Origin: Phormidium sp.
GTDB lineage: Bacteria; Cyanobacteriota; Cyanobacteriia; Cyanobacteriales; Aerosakkonemataceae
DNA length: 64,000 nucleotides
NCBI GenBank assembly: GCA_051013385.1
Contig: CP143273.1
Coordinates: forward strand, 1,280,001-1,344,000
Direction of reading: 5' to 3'
The position numbers were made by a program, and so were the translations under genes. Shown piece by piece: positions 41,714-51,671 of this stretch. Below the pieces are notes generated by a model. That model was not told the DNA's origin. It searched no databases and saw nothing but the letters and a program-made list of their open reading frames with translations. The number at the start of each line of letters is the position of its first letter. Positions within the stretch are counted from its first letter, which is position 1.

Positions 41714-42370
41714 ATGACACCATTTCGCGATCGCACAGAAGCAGGTAAATTATTAGCCGAAAAACTGACAAAATATGCTAATCGTCCAGATGTTTTGGTA
41801 TTAGCATTACCTCGTGGCGGGGTTCCAGTTGCTTTTGAAGTAGCCAAAGCTTTAAATGTACCATTGGACGTATTTATAGTGCGAAAATTGGGAGTTCCTA
41901 GCCATACAGAATTGGCGATGGGTGCGATCGCGTCAGGTGGTGTCTGCTTCTTGGAGCGAGAAATTATTAGGTCGTTTGATGTTTCCCAAGAAGCGATCGA
42001 TTTAGTCAAACAACATGAAACGAAAGAATTAGAACGGCGGGAAAATACTTACCGAAAAAACCGCCCGGAACCTAATTTTCGCGATCGCACCATCATTTTA
42101 GTAGACGATGGTTTAGCTACTGGTGCTACGATGCGGGTTGCTGTAATGGCGCTAAAACCTCACCAACCAAAGTCTATTGTGGTGGCGGTTCCTGTTGCAG
42201 CCACAGAAAGTTTTTCTGAATTTGGCGCAGAAGTAGACGAAGTGGTAAGTGTAATTTTACCGGAAAGACTTTGGGCGATCGGACATTGGTATCATGACTT
42301 TTCCCAAACCACAGATCAAGAAGTTTGTTCGCTATTGGAACAGGCAAACTGTCAACTTTCAGCAACTTAA
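41714..42370 (+). CDS. Phosphoribosyltransferase
   Basis: FRDRTEAG, LPRGGVPVA and ILVDDGLATGATM PRPP loop. Confidence 0.92.
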   Translation: MTPFRDRTEAGKLLAEKLTKYANRPDVLVLALPRGGVPVAFEVAKALNVPLDVFIVRKLGVPSHTELAMGAIASGGVCFLEREIIRSFDVSQEAIDLVKQHETKELERRENTYRKNRPEPNFRDRTIILVDDGLATGATMRVAVMALKPHQPKSIVVAVPVAATESFSEFGAEVDEVVSVILPERLWAIGHWYHDFSQTTDQEVCSLLEQANCQLSAT

Positions 42371-42391
42371 TTATTTAGGAGGAAGTGAGTA

Positions 42392-42751
42392 ATGAAAACG
42401 TTTAATTTGCGGAAACTAATAGTTCTTTGCGTTGCGACATTTACACTATTTTTAGGTCAATTTTTTAATTCTGGTAACTCGCTGTTAGCACAAGGGGGTA
42501 TCACTCCAGAAGGCGACTATTATCAAGTTGCACCAGAATATGCAGGTAAAGGCACAGTTAATTCAGTCAAAGAAACAGTGAAAAACGCTACAGAAAATGT
42601 AGTAGAAAAGCTGAATTTGAATGAACCGCTACCTCCAGAAACGAAAAAGTTTATCAATCAAGTAGAAGATTCCGTTGGTAACACGGCAAAACCAATTACG
42701 GGAAATCGAGAAGGATATTTTGACCAAGAAAATACCCAAATTAGACGTTGA
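42392..42751 (+). CDS. Exported hypothetical protein
   Basis: Signal peptide ending LLA-Q; ENVVEKLNLNEPLP; AGGAGG RBS. Confidence 0.75.
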   Translation: MKTFNLRKLIVLCVATFTLFLGQFFNSGNSLLAQGGITPEGDYYQVAPEYAGKGTVNSVKETVKNATENVVEKLNLNEPLPPETKKFINQVEDSVGNTAKPITGNREGYFDQENTQIRR

Positions 42752-42800
42752 TTAATTAAAGAAAAATCGTTATTCCTTTAATTTCAGGAGAATCAGATTA

Positions 42801-43970
42801 ATGAAAGCAGTTTGCTGGCATGGTGCTATGGATGTACGGGTGGAAAATGTACCCGATCCCAAAATTCTTAACCCTCGTGATGCGATTATTAAAATTACTT
42901 CAACGGCAATTTGTGGCTCAGATTTGCACATTTATGATGGCTTCATTCCCACAATGGAAAAAGGGGATATTTTGGGTCATGAATTCATGGGAGAAGTAGT
43001 GGACTTAGGCAGCGAAGTCAAGAATGTAAAAATTGGCGATCGCGTAGTCGTTCCCTTCACCATTTCTTGTGGCAACTGCTTCTTTTGTAACCGCGATTTA
43101 TGGTCACTTTGCGACAATTCTAACCCGAATGCTTGGATGGCAGAAAAAATGATGGGTCATTCACCATCGGGATTATTTGGTTACTCCCATTTATTCGGCG
43201 GATATGCAGGCGGACAAGCAGAATATGCCCGCGTTCCCTTTGCCGATGTTGGGTTATTCAAAATACCTGAAGGACTAACAGACGACCAAGTTTTATTCCT
43301 CACAGATATCTTTCCAACTGGTTACATGGCAGCGGAAAATTGCCAAATTGAACCGGGCGATACTGTAGCAATTTGGGGTTGTGGCCCAGTGGGACAATTT
43401 GCCATTAAAAGTGCTTATTTGTTGGGGGCCGATCGGGTAATTGCGATCGACAGAATTCCCGAACGTTTACAAATGGCAAAAGAACAAGGAAACGCCGAAA
43501 TAATTAATTACGAAGAAGTCGATCCAGGCGAAGCATTAAAAGAAATGACAGGCGGAAGAGGCCCCGATGCTTGCCTTGATGCCGTAGGAATGGAAGCACA
43601 TGGAACAGGGCTAGATGCCTTCTACGATAAAGCCAAACAAGCAGTACGTTTAGAAACAGATAGACCTACCGCATTAAGGCAAGTAATGGTTGCTTGTCGT
43701 AAAGGTGGGAGAGTATCTTTAGCAGGTGTTTATGGCGGCTTTTTAGACAAAATTCCGATGGGTGCCGCCTTCAACAAAGGCTTATCTTTTAAGATGGGAC
43801 AAACTCATGTTCATCGATACTTAAAACCGTTGTTAGAACATATCCAAAACGGCAAAATTGACCCTTCTTTTGTGATTACTCACAAAATGAATTTAGAAGA
43901 CGCACCCAAAGGCTACGAAATTTTCAAACACAAAAAAGACCACTGCATCAAAGTTGTTTTAAAACCGTAA
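42801..43970 (+). CDS. Zinc-dependent alcohol dehydrogenase (formaldehyde dehydrogenase-like)
   Basis: ICGSDLH, GHEFMG, CGNCFFC..C, GCGPVG. Confidence 0.93.
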   Translation: MKAVCWHGAMDVRVENVPDPKILNPRDAIIKITSTAICGSDLHIYDGFIPTMEKGDILGHEFMGEVVDLGSEVKNVKIGDRVVVPFTISCGNCFFCNRDLWSLCDNSNPNAWMAEKMMGHSPSGLFGYSHLFGGYAGGQAEYARVPFADVGLFKIPEGLTDDQVLFLTDIFPTGYMAAENCQIEPGDTVAIWGCGPVGQFAIKSAYLLGADRVIAIDRIPERLQMAKEQGNAEIINYEEVDPGEALKEMTGGRGPDACLDAVGMEAHGTGLDAFYDKAKQAVRLETDRPTALRQVMVACRKGGRVSLAGVYGGFLDKIPMGAAFNKGLSFKMGQTHVHRYLKPLLEHIQNGKIDPSFVITHKMNLEDAPKGYEIFKHKKDHCIKVVLKP

Positions 43971-44006
43971 ATAAGTCATTTAGCAAACAACAAATTAGGA
44001 GGTTAT

Positions 44007-44216
44007 ATGTTTCTCAAAAGTAAAGAAACAGGTACACTGATTCAAATTCATGATACTGAAGATCTGATTAATCCTAATCAACAAGAAATCAAAGGACAAG
44101 ATCAAGCGGGACAAGAAGAACAAGATACTACTACTTACAGCAAACAAGAATTAGTTTTCCCATCCGGTGAAAGTCTCCCCCGTTGCTGGTTAGATAGCAA
44201 CTACACAAAAGCTTAG
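44007..44216 (+). CDS. Small conserved hypothetical protein
   Basis: AGGAGG RBS; QAGQEEQD..FPSGESLPRCW pattern. Confidence 0.75.
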   Translation: MFLKSKETGTLIQIHDTEDLINPNQQEIKGQDQAGQEEQDTTTYSKQELVFPSGESLPRCWLDSNYTKA

Positions 44217-44223
44217 TCTATTT

Positions 44224-44253
44224 GTAGGGTGCGTTAGTGAAACGTAACGCACC
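44224..44253. repeat. gtagggtgcgtta-type REP-like hairpin
   Basis: gtagggtgcgttag..taacgcacc; second copy at 48355-48384. Confidence 0.7.
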
Positions 44254-44310
44254 ATCCGGTTGAGCTTTGAAATAACCAGAAATTTTACCAATTACCAAAG
44301 GGAAAGAACC

Positions 44311-44649
44311 ATGCCCGATACAAGTGTTAAAAAAGTAGATTCTACTCATTCTCCTAAAGGTGAAATGGGGCAAAAATACCTCGCTTCGGGAAAAAGTCTT
44401 TCCATGCGTCTTTGGGAAGATGAACAACCAACTGATGTTAAACCAGAAGCGAAAAGAGATTACGAAACAGTCGGTTATGTAATCAAAGGTCGTGCAGAAT
44501 TACACCTCGAAGGACAGACAATTTTACTAGAACCTGGTAGTTCTTGGGTAGTTCCTAAAGGGGCATCTCATAGTTACAAAATTCTCGAATCATTCACAGC
44601 CGTAGAAGCAACTTCTCCGCCTGCACAGATTCACGGACGCGATGAATAA
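44311..44649 (+). CDS. Cupin domain protein
   Basis: YETVGYVIKGRAEL..LEPGSSWVVPKGASHSY; start ATG 44311. Confidence 0.88.
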   Translation: MPDTSVKKVDSTHSPKGEMGQKYLASGKSLSMRLWEDEQPTDVKPEAKRDYETVGYVIKGRAELHLEGQTILLEPGSSWVVPKGASHSYKILESFTAVEATSPPAQIHGRDE

Positions 44650-44842
44650 TGATGACTGAAGTCATCACAACGGACTTTTGAATTACATCCCAAAGGTGAT
44701 AGTTTTCACTTAGAACCCCGACTTCTTCAAGAAGTCGGGGTTCTAAAGCGGTGGGCAAGCGGACTGGAAGAATAATTAAAAAATTACTAAAATATCCAAG
44801 AAATTGTAGATTATTTGCTAAGTTCATCTGGAAAAATACTAG

Positions 44843-45121
44843 GTGAACTTTATGGGCTGGCGTGTAACACTTGTGGTTGAACCTGGGTGCGGAGACGACT
44901 TTGAATCAGGGCTGATAAATATTGAATGTCAAGATTTAAAAGAAGGTCAAGATATTTTAAATAAAATTACCCCTATGGGGCAAAAAGTACAGGAAATTAT
45001 CACAGAAAAAGATGGATATGGGGAACCAATGTGTTGGCTGAAAATCTCCGAAGCTAACATTAAATCTTTATGGTTGTGGTTCATGAGTGATGATGAGGAT
45101 GATGATATCGAAGAGGAATAA
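44843..45121 (+). CDS. Acidic hypothetical protein
   Basis: 92-aa ORF with D/E tail; no family recognised. Confidence 0.6.
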   Translation: MNFMGWRVTLVVEPGCGDDFESGLINIECQDLKEGQDILNKITPMGQKVQEIITEKDGYGEPMCWLKISEANIKSLWLWFMSDDEDDDIEEE

Positions 45122-45164
45122 ATAAATTTAATTCAATTCAAATTTAGAGTAAACAGGAGTATTT

Positions 45165-45395
45165 ATGACAGCACATACCGATGAAGAACAGATAAAAATC
45201 TACCAACAAATGCTTGATGCTAATGCAGAAAAAATAATAGAGGGTGTAACAGAACGTATAAATGCTACGCTCAAACAATATATAGAAGTGGATTTCCCTG
45301 ATATTGTCGCAGATGTCCTTGACAGATATCTGCAACAACTAGCAGAAGAGGCTGAAGAGGAAGAAAATGAAGACGATGAAGCTGAAGAGGAATAA
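45165..45395 (+). CDS. Acidic hypothetical protein
   Basis: AGGAG RBS; 76-aa helical ORF with long D/E tail. Confidence 0.7.
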   Translation: MTAHTDEEQIKIYQQMLDANAEKIIEGVTERINATLKQYIEVDFPDIVADVLDRYLQQLAEEAEEEENEDDEAEEE

Positions 45396-45616
45396 ATTAA
45401 TTGATACAATCCACATCAACAAACAAAAAATCAGTTCTGGTACTCATTTAATTGAGCAGGGTGTAGAGGGACAGGGGAGACAATTGTAGAATTTTATCCT
45501 TTTCTCTTTCTTTCCTTCTGCCTTCTGCCTTGGAGCCTTCTGCCTTCAAAGAATCTTCTGCCTTATCCTAGAATAAAGTGAGCATTACACCTGACCATTA
45601 GGCAAAGGGAGTCCCG

Positions 45617-48349
45617 ATGAAGCGCAAGAATCCAAAAGTCCTCGCATTGATACTACAAAGCAGTGTTGTTCTTTCTACTTTTCTGTTTTCCCTTGGTCTT
45701 GCTAGCGCCCAAACAACTGCACCTACAAGCCCAGCAATTAACACTCTGGAACGACAAGAACTTAGACGTTTGAGAGAGGAAAGGCGCATTCAACAACAAG
45801 TTCAAGCGGAGGCAAATCTTGCTTTCAGTCGGACGACTACGTTATTTAATATTTTGTTGGCTATTTTAGGGTTACTTTTGACTGCTTCTTTGGTGGCAAT
45901 TTTCCTGTTGCGGCGTTCTGTTTTGCGAGAGGTGGGAGTTGTTGTTAAAGAACATCTTAGTGGGTTGAAAGATTTAGAATTGAAATTGGCTAGTGCTAGT
46001 CAAGAAGTGCAAAATATTCTGTTAGTTGCAGCGGATTTAGAGAAGAAGCTGAATAAACAAGTTGATGAGTTTCAATTGGAAATTGACGATCGCTACGAAG
46101 ATGTGTCGCAAATTTCGGCGGAGTTGTCCCAATCTAAAAAACAGGCTTTAAAGGAGTTGGAAACGCAACTTAAAGATGCTCAATTAGCTTTGATGGAAGT
46201 AAGTAATGAGTTTAAGGTGCATTTGGTGGAATTACGATCGGACGCACAATACCAAAGAAATTCAGCTGTTGAAAGTTTGGAAAGATTAGCTGGGGAATTG
46301 ATTCCACATTTAGAAAGGTTGAAAGCAGACACCGAAGAACAAGGAAAAGCGGTAATTCATAATTTGGAAAAATCCAAAACAGATTTTGGTACTCAGTTGA
46401 ATATTTTGTTGGCAGATGTGCAGAAACAACGGGATTTATTGACGCAGAATTTACAAAAGTTGAGTGCTGAGTTTGTGCCGTTAGTTTCGCAATTACAAAC
46501 AGAGGTTAAATCCCAAAAAGATACGACTATTCAACATTTGAAACAGGCGGAAACAGATTTTGATATTAAGTTAACTGCACTGCATTCGGATACGGAAAGG
46601 CAACGCGATCGCATTCTCCAAAACCTGCAACATTTAGAAACAGAATTTTCTCCCCAACTTTTGGCAATTCAAGCTAACACAGAACAAAAAGCCAAGGAAC
46701 TGCATAATTCAACTATGCAGAAGATGGAGAAATTAAGCGGGGAAATGACCAAGGAATTGGATGGTTCTAAATCTCAAATTCTCGGCAAAATGAGTGAAAG
46801 TCTCCAGAGATTACAAGCTTTAGAAAAAGACTTTACTACACAAGTGGAGGGTTGGCGATCGGGAATTTCCGCCAGCAAGGAACAAACTTTGCAAAGTCTG
46901 CAAGGTTTAGATACAGAAGTGAAAAATCAGTTAACTAAGTTACAGTCAGGAATTGCCAGCAAACAAGCAGAAACACAACAGGTTTTAGCCCAGCTAAACG
47001 GCGAAATAAAAAACCAATTGTCTCAATTACAAGCGGAAATTCAAAAACAACAAAGTGCTAGCCAAGCTAATTTACAAAAATTAGAAGCAGCCGTGAGAAA
47101 TCAATTAGCGCAATTGGAAACGGAAGTCAAAAAACAACAAGAAGCAAACCAAAATCATCTGGAAGAATTAGCCAGGGAAGCGGCGACTTTTGTCTCTCAA
47201 TTCCAAGCAGAAATTCAAGCGAGAAAAGAGCAGGTAATTCACAGTTTGGGAGAATCACAACATTTTGTGTCGCACAAACTGAGCGAAATTGAATCAGATG
47301 CAATAACACAAAAAGCACATATTTTGCAAAGATTAGCTGATACTTCTTCAGATGCGATCGCCCAAACACTAATCCCCGAAACTCATCATCAATTGCAAAC
47401 TTTAAACGAAGAGTTACAACGCCTGAAAGTTAATCATCCTGACTTGTTTTTATCACCAGATGATTACTTTAATCAAGGTAATGCTTTGTTCGCAGAAGGT
47501 GAATATCACGAAGCTATTGCAAAATACGATCGCGCGATCGAATACACAACTGATAACACTCAAGCTTGGTATCAGAAAGGTTTAGCTTATTGGGAATTGA
47601 AGAAGTACGAACAAGCGATCGCTTCCTTTGACAAAGTGTTAGAAATTAATCCCGAAGATATGGAAAGTTTGTATCATCGCGGTTTAGCTTTGAAGGAATT
47701 AAGACGCTTTGAACCTGCATTAGCTATTTTTAATAAAGTAACCCAAGTGCAAGAAAATCATTACAAAGCTTGGTTACAAAAAGGGATGATTTTAGGCAAA
47801 CTAAAACGCCACGAAGATGCGATCGCAGCTTACGATATAGCTATTCAAATTAAACCAGATTATCATGAAGCTTGGGTCGATCGGGGAGTCGCTTTAGGAA
47901 CTTTGCAACAACACGAAGAAGCTTTTCAATCCTTTGAACAAGCTACCACATTACAACCCGATGATGCCGTAGCTTGGATAAATCAAGGTTTAGCTTTAGG
48001 AGTTTTGGAAAGATACGAAGATGCAATTTCCGCTTTTGAAAAAGCCATTCAACTAAATCCAGAATCTCACAAAGCTTGGAATTACAAAGGCGAAATGTTG
48101 GTTAAATTAGAACGGGATGAAGAAGCAATAGAAAGCTTCGATCGCGCTACCCAAATTGAGCCAAAATATGCACAAGCATATTACAACAAAGCCGCCTGTT
48201 TTGCACTGCAAGAACAGGTAAAATCAGCCGTAGAAAACTTAGAACAGGCAATTAGAATTAATCCCAAATATCGTCAAGAAGCAAAAAGCGATCGAGACTT
48301 TGAAGCGATATCAGAGGACGATCGTTTCTGGCAATTAATCGAAGGCTAA
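45617..48349 (+). CDS. Membrane-anchored long coiled-coil plus TPR protein
   Basis: Signal peptide, TM helix, about 500 aa of Q/E/L-rich heptads, then multiple TPRs (AWYQKG, AWVDRG, AYYNKA). Confidence 0.88.
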   Translation: MKRKNPKVLALILQSSVVLSTFLFSLGLASAQTTAPTSPAINTLERQELRRLREERRIQQQVQAEANLAFSRTTTLFNILLAILGLLLTASLVAIFLLRRSVLREVGVVVKEHLSGLKDLELKLASASQEVQNILLVAADLEKKLNKQVDEFQLEIDDRYEDVSQISAELSQSKKQALKELETQLKDAQLALMEVSNEFKVHLVELRSDAQYQRNSAVESLERLAGELIPHLERLKADTEEQGKAVIHNLEKSKTDFGTQLNILLADVQKQRDLLTQNLQKLSAEFVPLVSQLQTEVKSQKDTTIQHLKQAETDFDIKLTALHSDTERQRDRILQNLQHLETEFSPQLLAIQANTEQKAKELHNSTMQKMEKLSGEMTKELDGSKSQILGKMSESLQRLQALEKDFTTQVEGWRSGISASKEQTLQSLQGLDTEVKNQLTKLQSGIASKQAETQQVLAQLNGEIKNQLSQLQAEIQKQQSASQANLQKLEAAVRNQLAQLETEVKKQQEANQNHLEELAREAATFVSQFQAEIQARKEQVIHSLGESQHFVSHKLSEIESDAITQKAHILQRLADTSSDAIAQTLIPETHHQLQTLNEELQRLKVNHPDLFLSPDDYFNQGNALFAEGEYHEAIAKYDRAIEYTTDNTQAWYQKGLAYWELKKYEQAIASFDKVLEINPEDMESLYHRGLALKELRRFEPALAIFNKVTQVQENHYKAWLQKGMILGKLKRHEDAIAAYDIAIQIKPDYHEAWVDRGVALGTLQQHEEAFQSFEQATTLQPDDAVAWINQGLALGVLERYEDAISAFEKAIQLNPESHKAWNYKGEMLVKLERDEEAIESFDRATQIEPKYAQAYYNKAACFALQEQVKSAVENLEQAIRINPKYRQEAKSDRDFEAISEDDRFWQLIEG

Positions 48350-48464
48350 TTCCCGTAGGGTGCGTTACGCTGGCGTAACGCACCGCCAATTCTCATATAT
48401 TGTGTATAGCCTGTTCCCTATTCCCTTTCAATCAAAATATTTTGAACATTTAAGGAGAAATTTT

Positions 48465-49253
48465 ATGCAGGTAGCACTTCAGCAGATTGTAGTTTCTCCT
48501 GGTCAACAATTACTATTAAAAAATGTAAGTTGGCAGCAATTTCAAGAAATATTAGCCAGTTTAGGAGCAAATCGCAATTCTAGAATTGCTTATAGCCAAG
48601 GAATGTTAGAAATCATCGTGCCTTTACCAGAACACGAAAGTGATAAAGTAATTATTGGTGATTTAGTTAAGGCAATTTTAGAAGAAATAGATATTGAGTT
48701 TAGAAGTTTAGGTTCAACAACTTTTGAAAATGAACAAATGCTTGCCGTCGTAGAACCAGATGATTGTTTTTATATTCAAAATGAGGCAGCAATTAGAGGC
48801 AAAAAGCGGTTAAATTTCAAGGTAGATCCGCCGCCAGATTTAGCAATAGAAATTGATATTACATCGAAAACTAAATTGGCAATTTACCAAAATTTAAGAG
48901 TTCCCGAACTTTGGCGTTATAACGGACAAAAGCTAGAAATCAATCTCTTACAATCAGGTAATTTAGATTTAAAACAGTACCCACCTCCAGACTTAGCAAT
49001 AGAAGCAGATGTTACTTCTAAAACTACTTTAAATTCTTCCGAAGCGATGGGTGTTCCTGAAGTTTGGATTTACCGCAATCAGCAACTAAAAATTTACTTA
49101 CTTTCCGATCGAGGTTATACAGAAACATCCATCAGTCCTACCTTTCCAGACTTACCTATAATTGAACTAATTCCCCAATTGGTGCAAAAAGCGATCGATG
49201 AAGGAACTAGCAAAATGCTGCGCGATCTTAGAACAGAAAATTGGATATTATGA
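48465..49253 (+). CDS. Uma2 family protein, chimeric with duplicated C-terminal half
   Basis: Start ATG 48465 after AAGGAG; the PPPDLAIE(I/A)D(I/V)TSKT...VPE(L/V)W block occurs twice. Confidence 0.8.
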   Translation: MQVALQQIVVSPGQQLLLKNVSWQQFQEILASLGANRNSRIAYSQGMLEIIVPLPEHESDKVIIGDLVKAILEEIDIEFRSLGSTTFENEQMLAVVEPDDCFYIQNEAAIRGKKRLNFKVDPPPDLAIEIDITSKTKLAIYQNLRVPELWRYNGQKLEINLLQSGNLDLKQYPPPDLAIEADVTSKTTLNSSEAMGVPEVWIYRNQQLKIYLLSDRGYTETSISPTFPDLPIIELIPQLVQKAIDEGTSKMLRDLRTENWIL

Positions 49254-49277
49254 AGCATTACAACTAATAGATAAATC

Positions 49278-49439
49278 ATGATTCAGCTATCCCACAAAGC
49301 TCTAACTTTTGAAAACTTCATTAGCGAATATGGAGATAATGAGCGATAGGAATTGCTTGAGGGAGAAGTAATTCAAATGGAACCAACAGGCCCTCATGAA
49401 CAAGTTGCTGGATTAATTAATTGTGAACTCAACTTTTAA
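49278..49439 (+). pseudogene. Uma2 N-terminal relic
   Basis: MIQLSHKALTFENFISEYGDNER*ELLEGEVIQMEPTGPHEQVAG with internal TAG. Confidence 0.75.
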
Positions 49440-49766
49440 TATTAATTGTGCGATCGCATTAGATGTTGCTTTCATCCATAATACCATGAATTAAATAATT
49501 AAGGACTTAAAAAAAACTAAAAAATTAGCTATATTTTCTAAAATAAAATCTCTTTACCTTAGCAAAACAATATATTTAAAGTAAATTAAATACTGCCTAA
49601 TCCGGCATTTTTGTTGAATATCTTAATTCCTCAACTCTTTTCCGTCAAGTGAACGCCTGAAAAATCAAGAATTTATACATTTTTTTTCCTAAGAGCGATA
49701 TTAGAGGTAAAGTTAAATGGGTTGATTTTTAACCTTGTGTTTTTCTAACCAAAGTTAAGGAGTATT

Positions 49767-50228
49767 ATGAAAACCACTCATTTTCTAATTGGCGGCATTG
49801 TTGTCGCTGGAGCATCTGCTGCGCTTTTAACCTCTGTTTCCCATGCTCAAACACCACCACCTCTACCCCCATTACAGAAAAATTGTGTTTATCTCAAAGA
49901 GGTTTCCACAGGAAAGATCGAGATTAGAAAATTAGTACGAGCCCGCAATGAGAATACAGATTTTGCTGTTCCTACAGGAATCCGATTTACATCCTACATT
50001 GCTCAATTATTGCCGGAAAATAATGCCGACTACGAGGCTAATTTGTATTTCAAATACAATGACGGTAGCAATGCAAAAGTATTTAGTAAAAAAATTCCGG
50101 CTCAGCGGTTCCGGCGTTATACAGGAGTTTTTCGTTCTCCGAATCTGAGGCAACCTTTTCAGATCAACTTTAATATTTCTAGTAATCGAAACAATGCCTA
50201 TCGAATTGCTGTGATGGCTTGCCAATAG
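49767..50228 (+). CDS. Exported hypothetical protein
   Basis: AAGGAG RBS, signal peptide (SHA-Q), two Cys near the termini. Confidence 0.75.
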   Translation: MKTTHFLIGGIVVAGASAALLTSVSHAQTPPPLPPLQKNCVYLKEVSTGKIEIRKLVRARNENTDFAVPTGIRFTSYIAQLLPENNADYEANLYFKYNDGSNAKVFSKKIPAQRFRRYTGVFRSPNLRQPFQINFNISSNRNNAYRIAVMACQ

Positions 50229-50303
50229 TTTAGTATTCCAGGCTCTCCCGTAGTTATAGCGGAAAACTCTGGTTTTGGGGACTAGAGATTATCACCCCCA
50301 AAA

Positions 50304-51161
50304 TCAAGGGTTCACCGCATTAAATAAAGCCGAGTAATCAGCATCAGCTAACCCCATTTCTTGAGCAATTTCTAAAATTTGCCGCACCCCTTCCAAGCTA
50401 TTAGCATTTAAGTTATTTGACTGCGCTTGCTTCAGGAACAAATTTGTATCTTTGAGCAAATGTTTAGTCGGAAAATTGGGATTAGTAAAATCCCTTTCCA
50501 ACATTCGCTTTAGTTTCTTATCGAAAGTAGGTGCATATAAAGCACTTTGGCGTAAAAGTTCCATGAAAGTTTCCACTTCTACACCTTGTTTTTGGACTAA
50601 ACTTAAACTCAAAGCGAAGGCAGTAGTTAAGGAAGCAATTAATTGATTTAGTGCTAATTTAACTGCCGCTGCTGTACCTACTGAGCCAATTAAACGAGGT
50701 TCGGAACCGAAGTTTTGTAATAGATTTGACCATTTCGCAAATTGTTCGGGAGTTGCGCCTACCATGACGATTAATTTACCAGCTTCCGCTTCGGGAATAC
50801 TGCCTAAAACTGGTGCTTCTAAATACTCACCTCCAGCCGCAATTACTTGCTTTTCAATCTCTTGGCTTTCTTGGGGGGAAATGGTTCCCATTTGAATAAT
50901 AGTGCGTCCTTTAAGTTCAGCTTTGGCACTTTCAGAAAGTAATACTTCCTCAATGGCTGAAGCGTTGGTGAGCATTAAAATTATACAATCGGCAGCGGCG
51001 ATCGCACTCTCTGGCGAATCAACCACTTGAGCACCCGCTGCTTTCAATTCTTCCACCTTTGATGCCGTCCGATTGTAAACAACCACAGGTATTCTGGCAC
51101 ACAATAATCTTTGCGCCAAAGGCTTACCCATTAACCCAGTTCCCAAAAATCCTACTTTCAT
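50304..51161 (-). CDS. NAD(P)-dependent oxidoreductase, 3-hydroxyisobutyrate dehydrogenase family
   Basis: GFLGTGLMG, YNRT, EAPVLGS, KLALN. Confidence 0.92.
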   Translation of the reverse strand: MKVGFLGTGLMGKPLAQRLLCARIPVVVYNRTASKVEELKAAGAQVVDSPESAIAAADCIILMLTNASAIEEVLLSESAKAELKGRTIIQMGTISPQESQEIEKQVIAAGGEYLEAPVLGSIPEAEAGKLIVMVGATPEQFAKWSNLLQNFGSEPRLIGSVGTAAAVKLALNQLIASLTTAFALSLSLVQKQGVEVETFMELLRQSALYAPTFDKKLKRMLERDFTNPNFPTKHLLKDTNLFLKQAQSNNLNANSLEGVRQILEIAQEMGLADADYSALFNAVNP

Positions 51162-51335
51162 CGACTACTAACCCGATCGCCACAACTTAAAATTACACCT
51201 TCTTTGACAATTAATTGCGTTTGCGATCGTTTAATTAAGTCTTATGTCAAAAGATTTATTGCAAATTTATAATAGGTATTCTATTATTTAGTTAAGTTCT
51301 TCTTAACCTGTTCTTTACCTTAAGGAGGTACAGGG

Positions 51336-51653
51336 ATGGCTCTAATGGATGATCTACTCAAGGGTTTAGCATTGGATGAAGTAATCGCTGGTGGCGGTGT
51401 TCCCGGTGCTGTGGTAGGTATCGGCGCATTGCTGTTAGCACCCGTCTTAATTCCAGCGGTAGCAGGCGCAGGTAAACCTGTAGCCAAGGCTGTGATTAAA
51501 GAGGGAATTAAACTTTACGAAAAAGGTAAAGAGTCTTTTGCAGAAGTGGGAGAAGTTTTTGAAGATTTGATCGCGGAAGCGAAAGCAGAACTCGCAGAAG
51601 ATGACAAAACTTCTACAAATAACCAACCACAACCAATAGTTGTTAGCGACTGA
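51336..51653 (+). CDS. DUF5132-like small protein (FezA-like)
   Basis: GAVVGIGALLLAP (GxxxG) helix, KPVAKAVIKEG, EVFEDLIAEAKAE; AAGGAGG RBS. Confidence 0.8.
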   Translation: MALMDDLLKGLALDEVIAGGGVPGAVVGIGALLLAPVLIPAVAGAGKPVAKAVIKEGIKLYEKGKESFAEVGEVFEDLIAEAKAELAEDDKTSTNNQPQPIVVSD

Positions 51654-51671
51654 AGTCTCAAAGAGGCTTAA

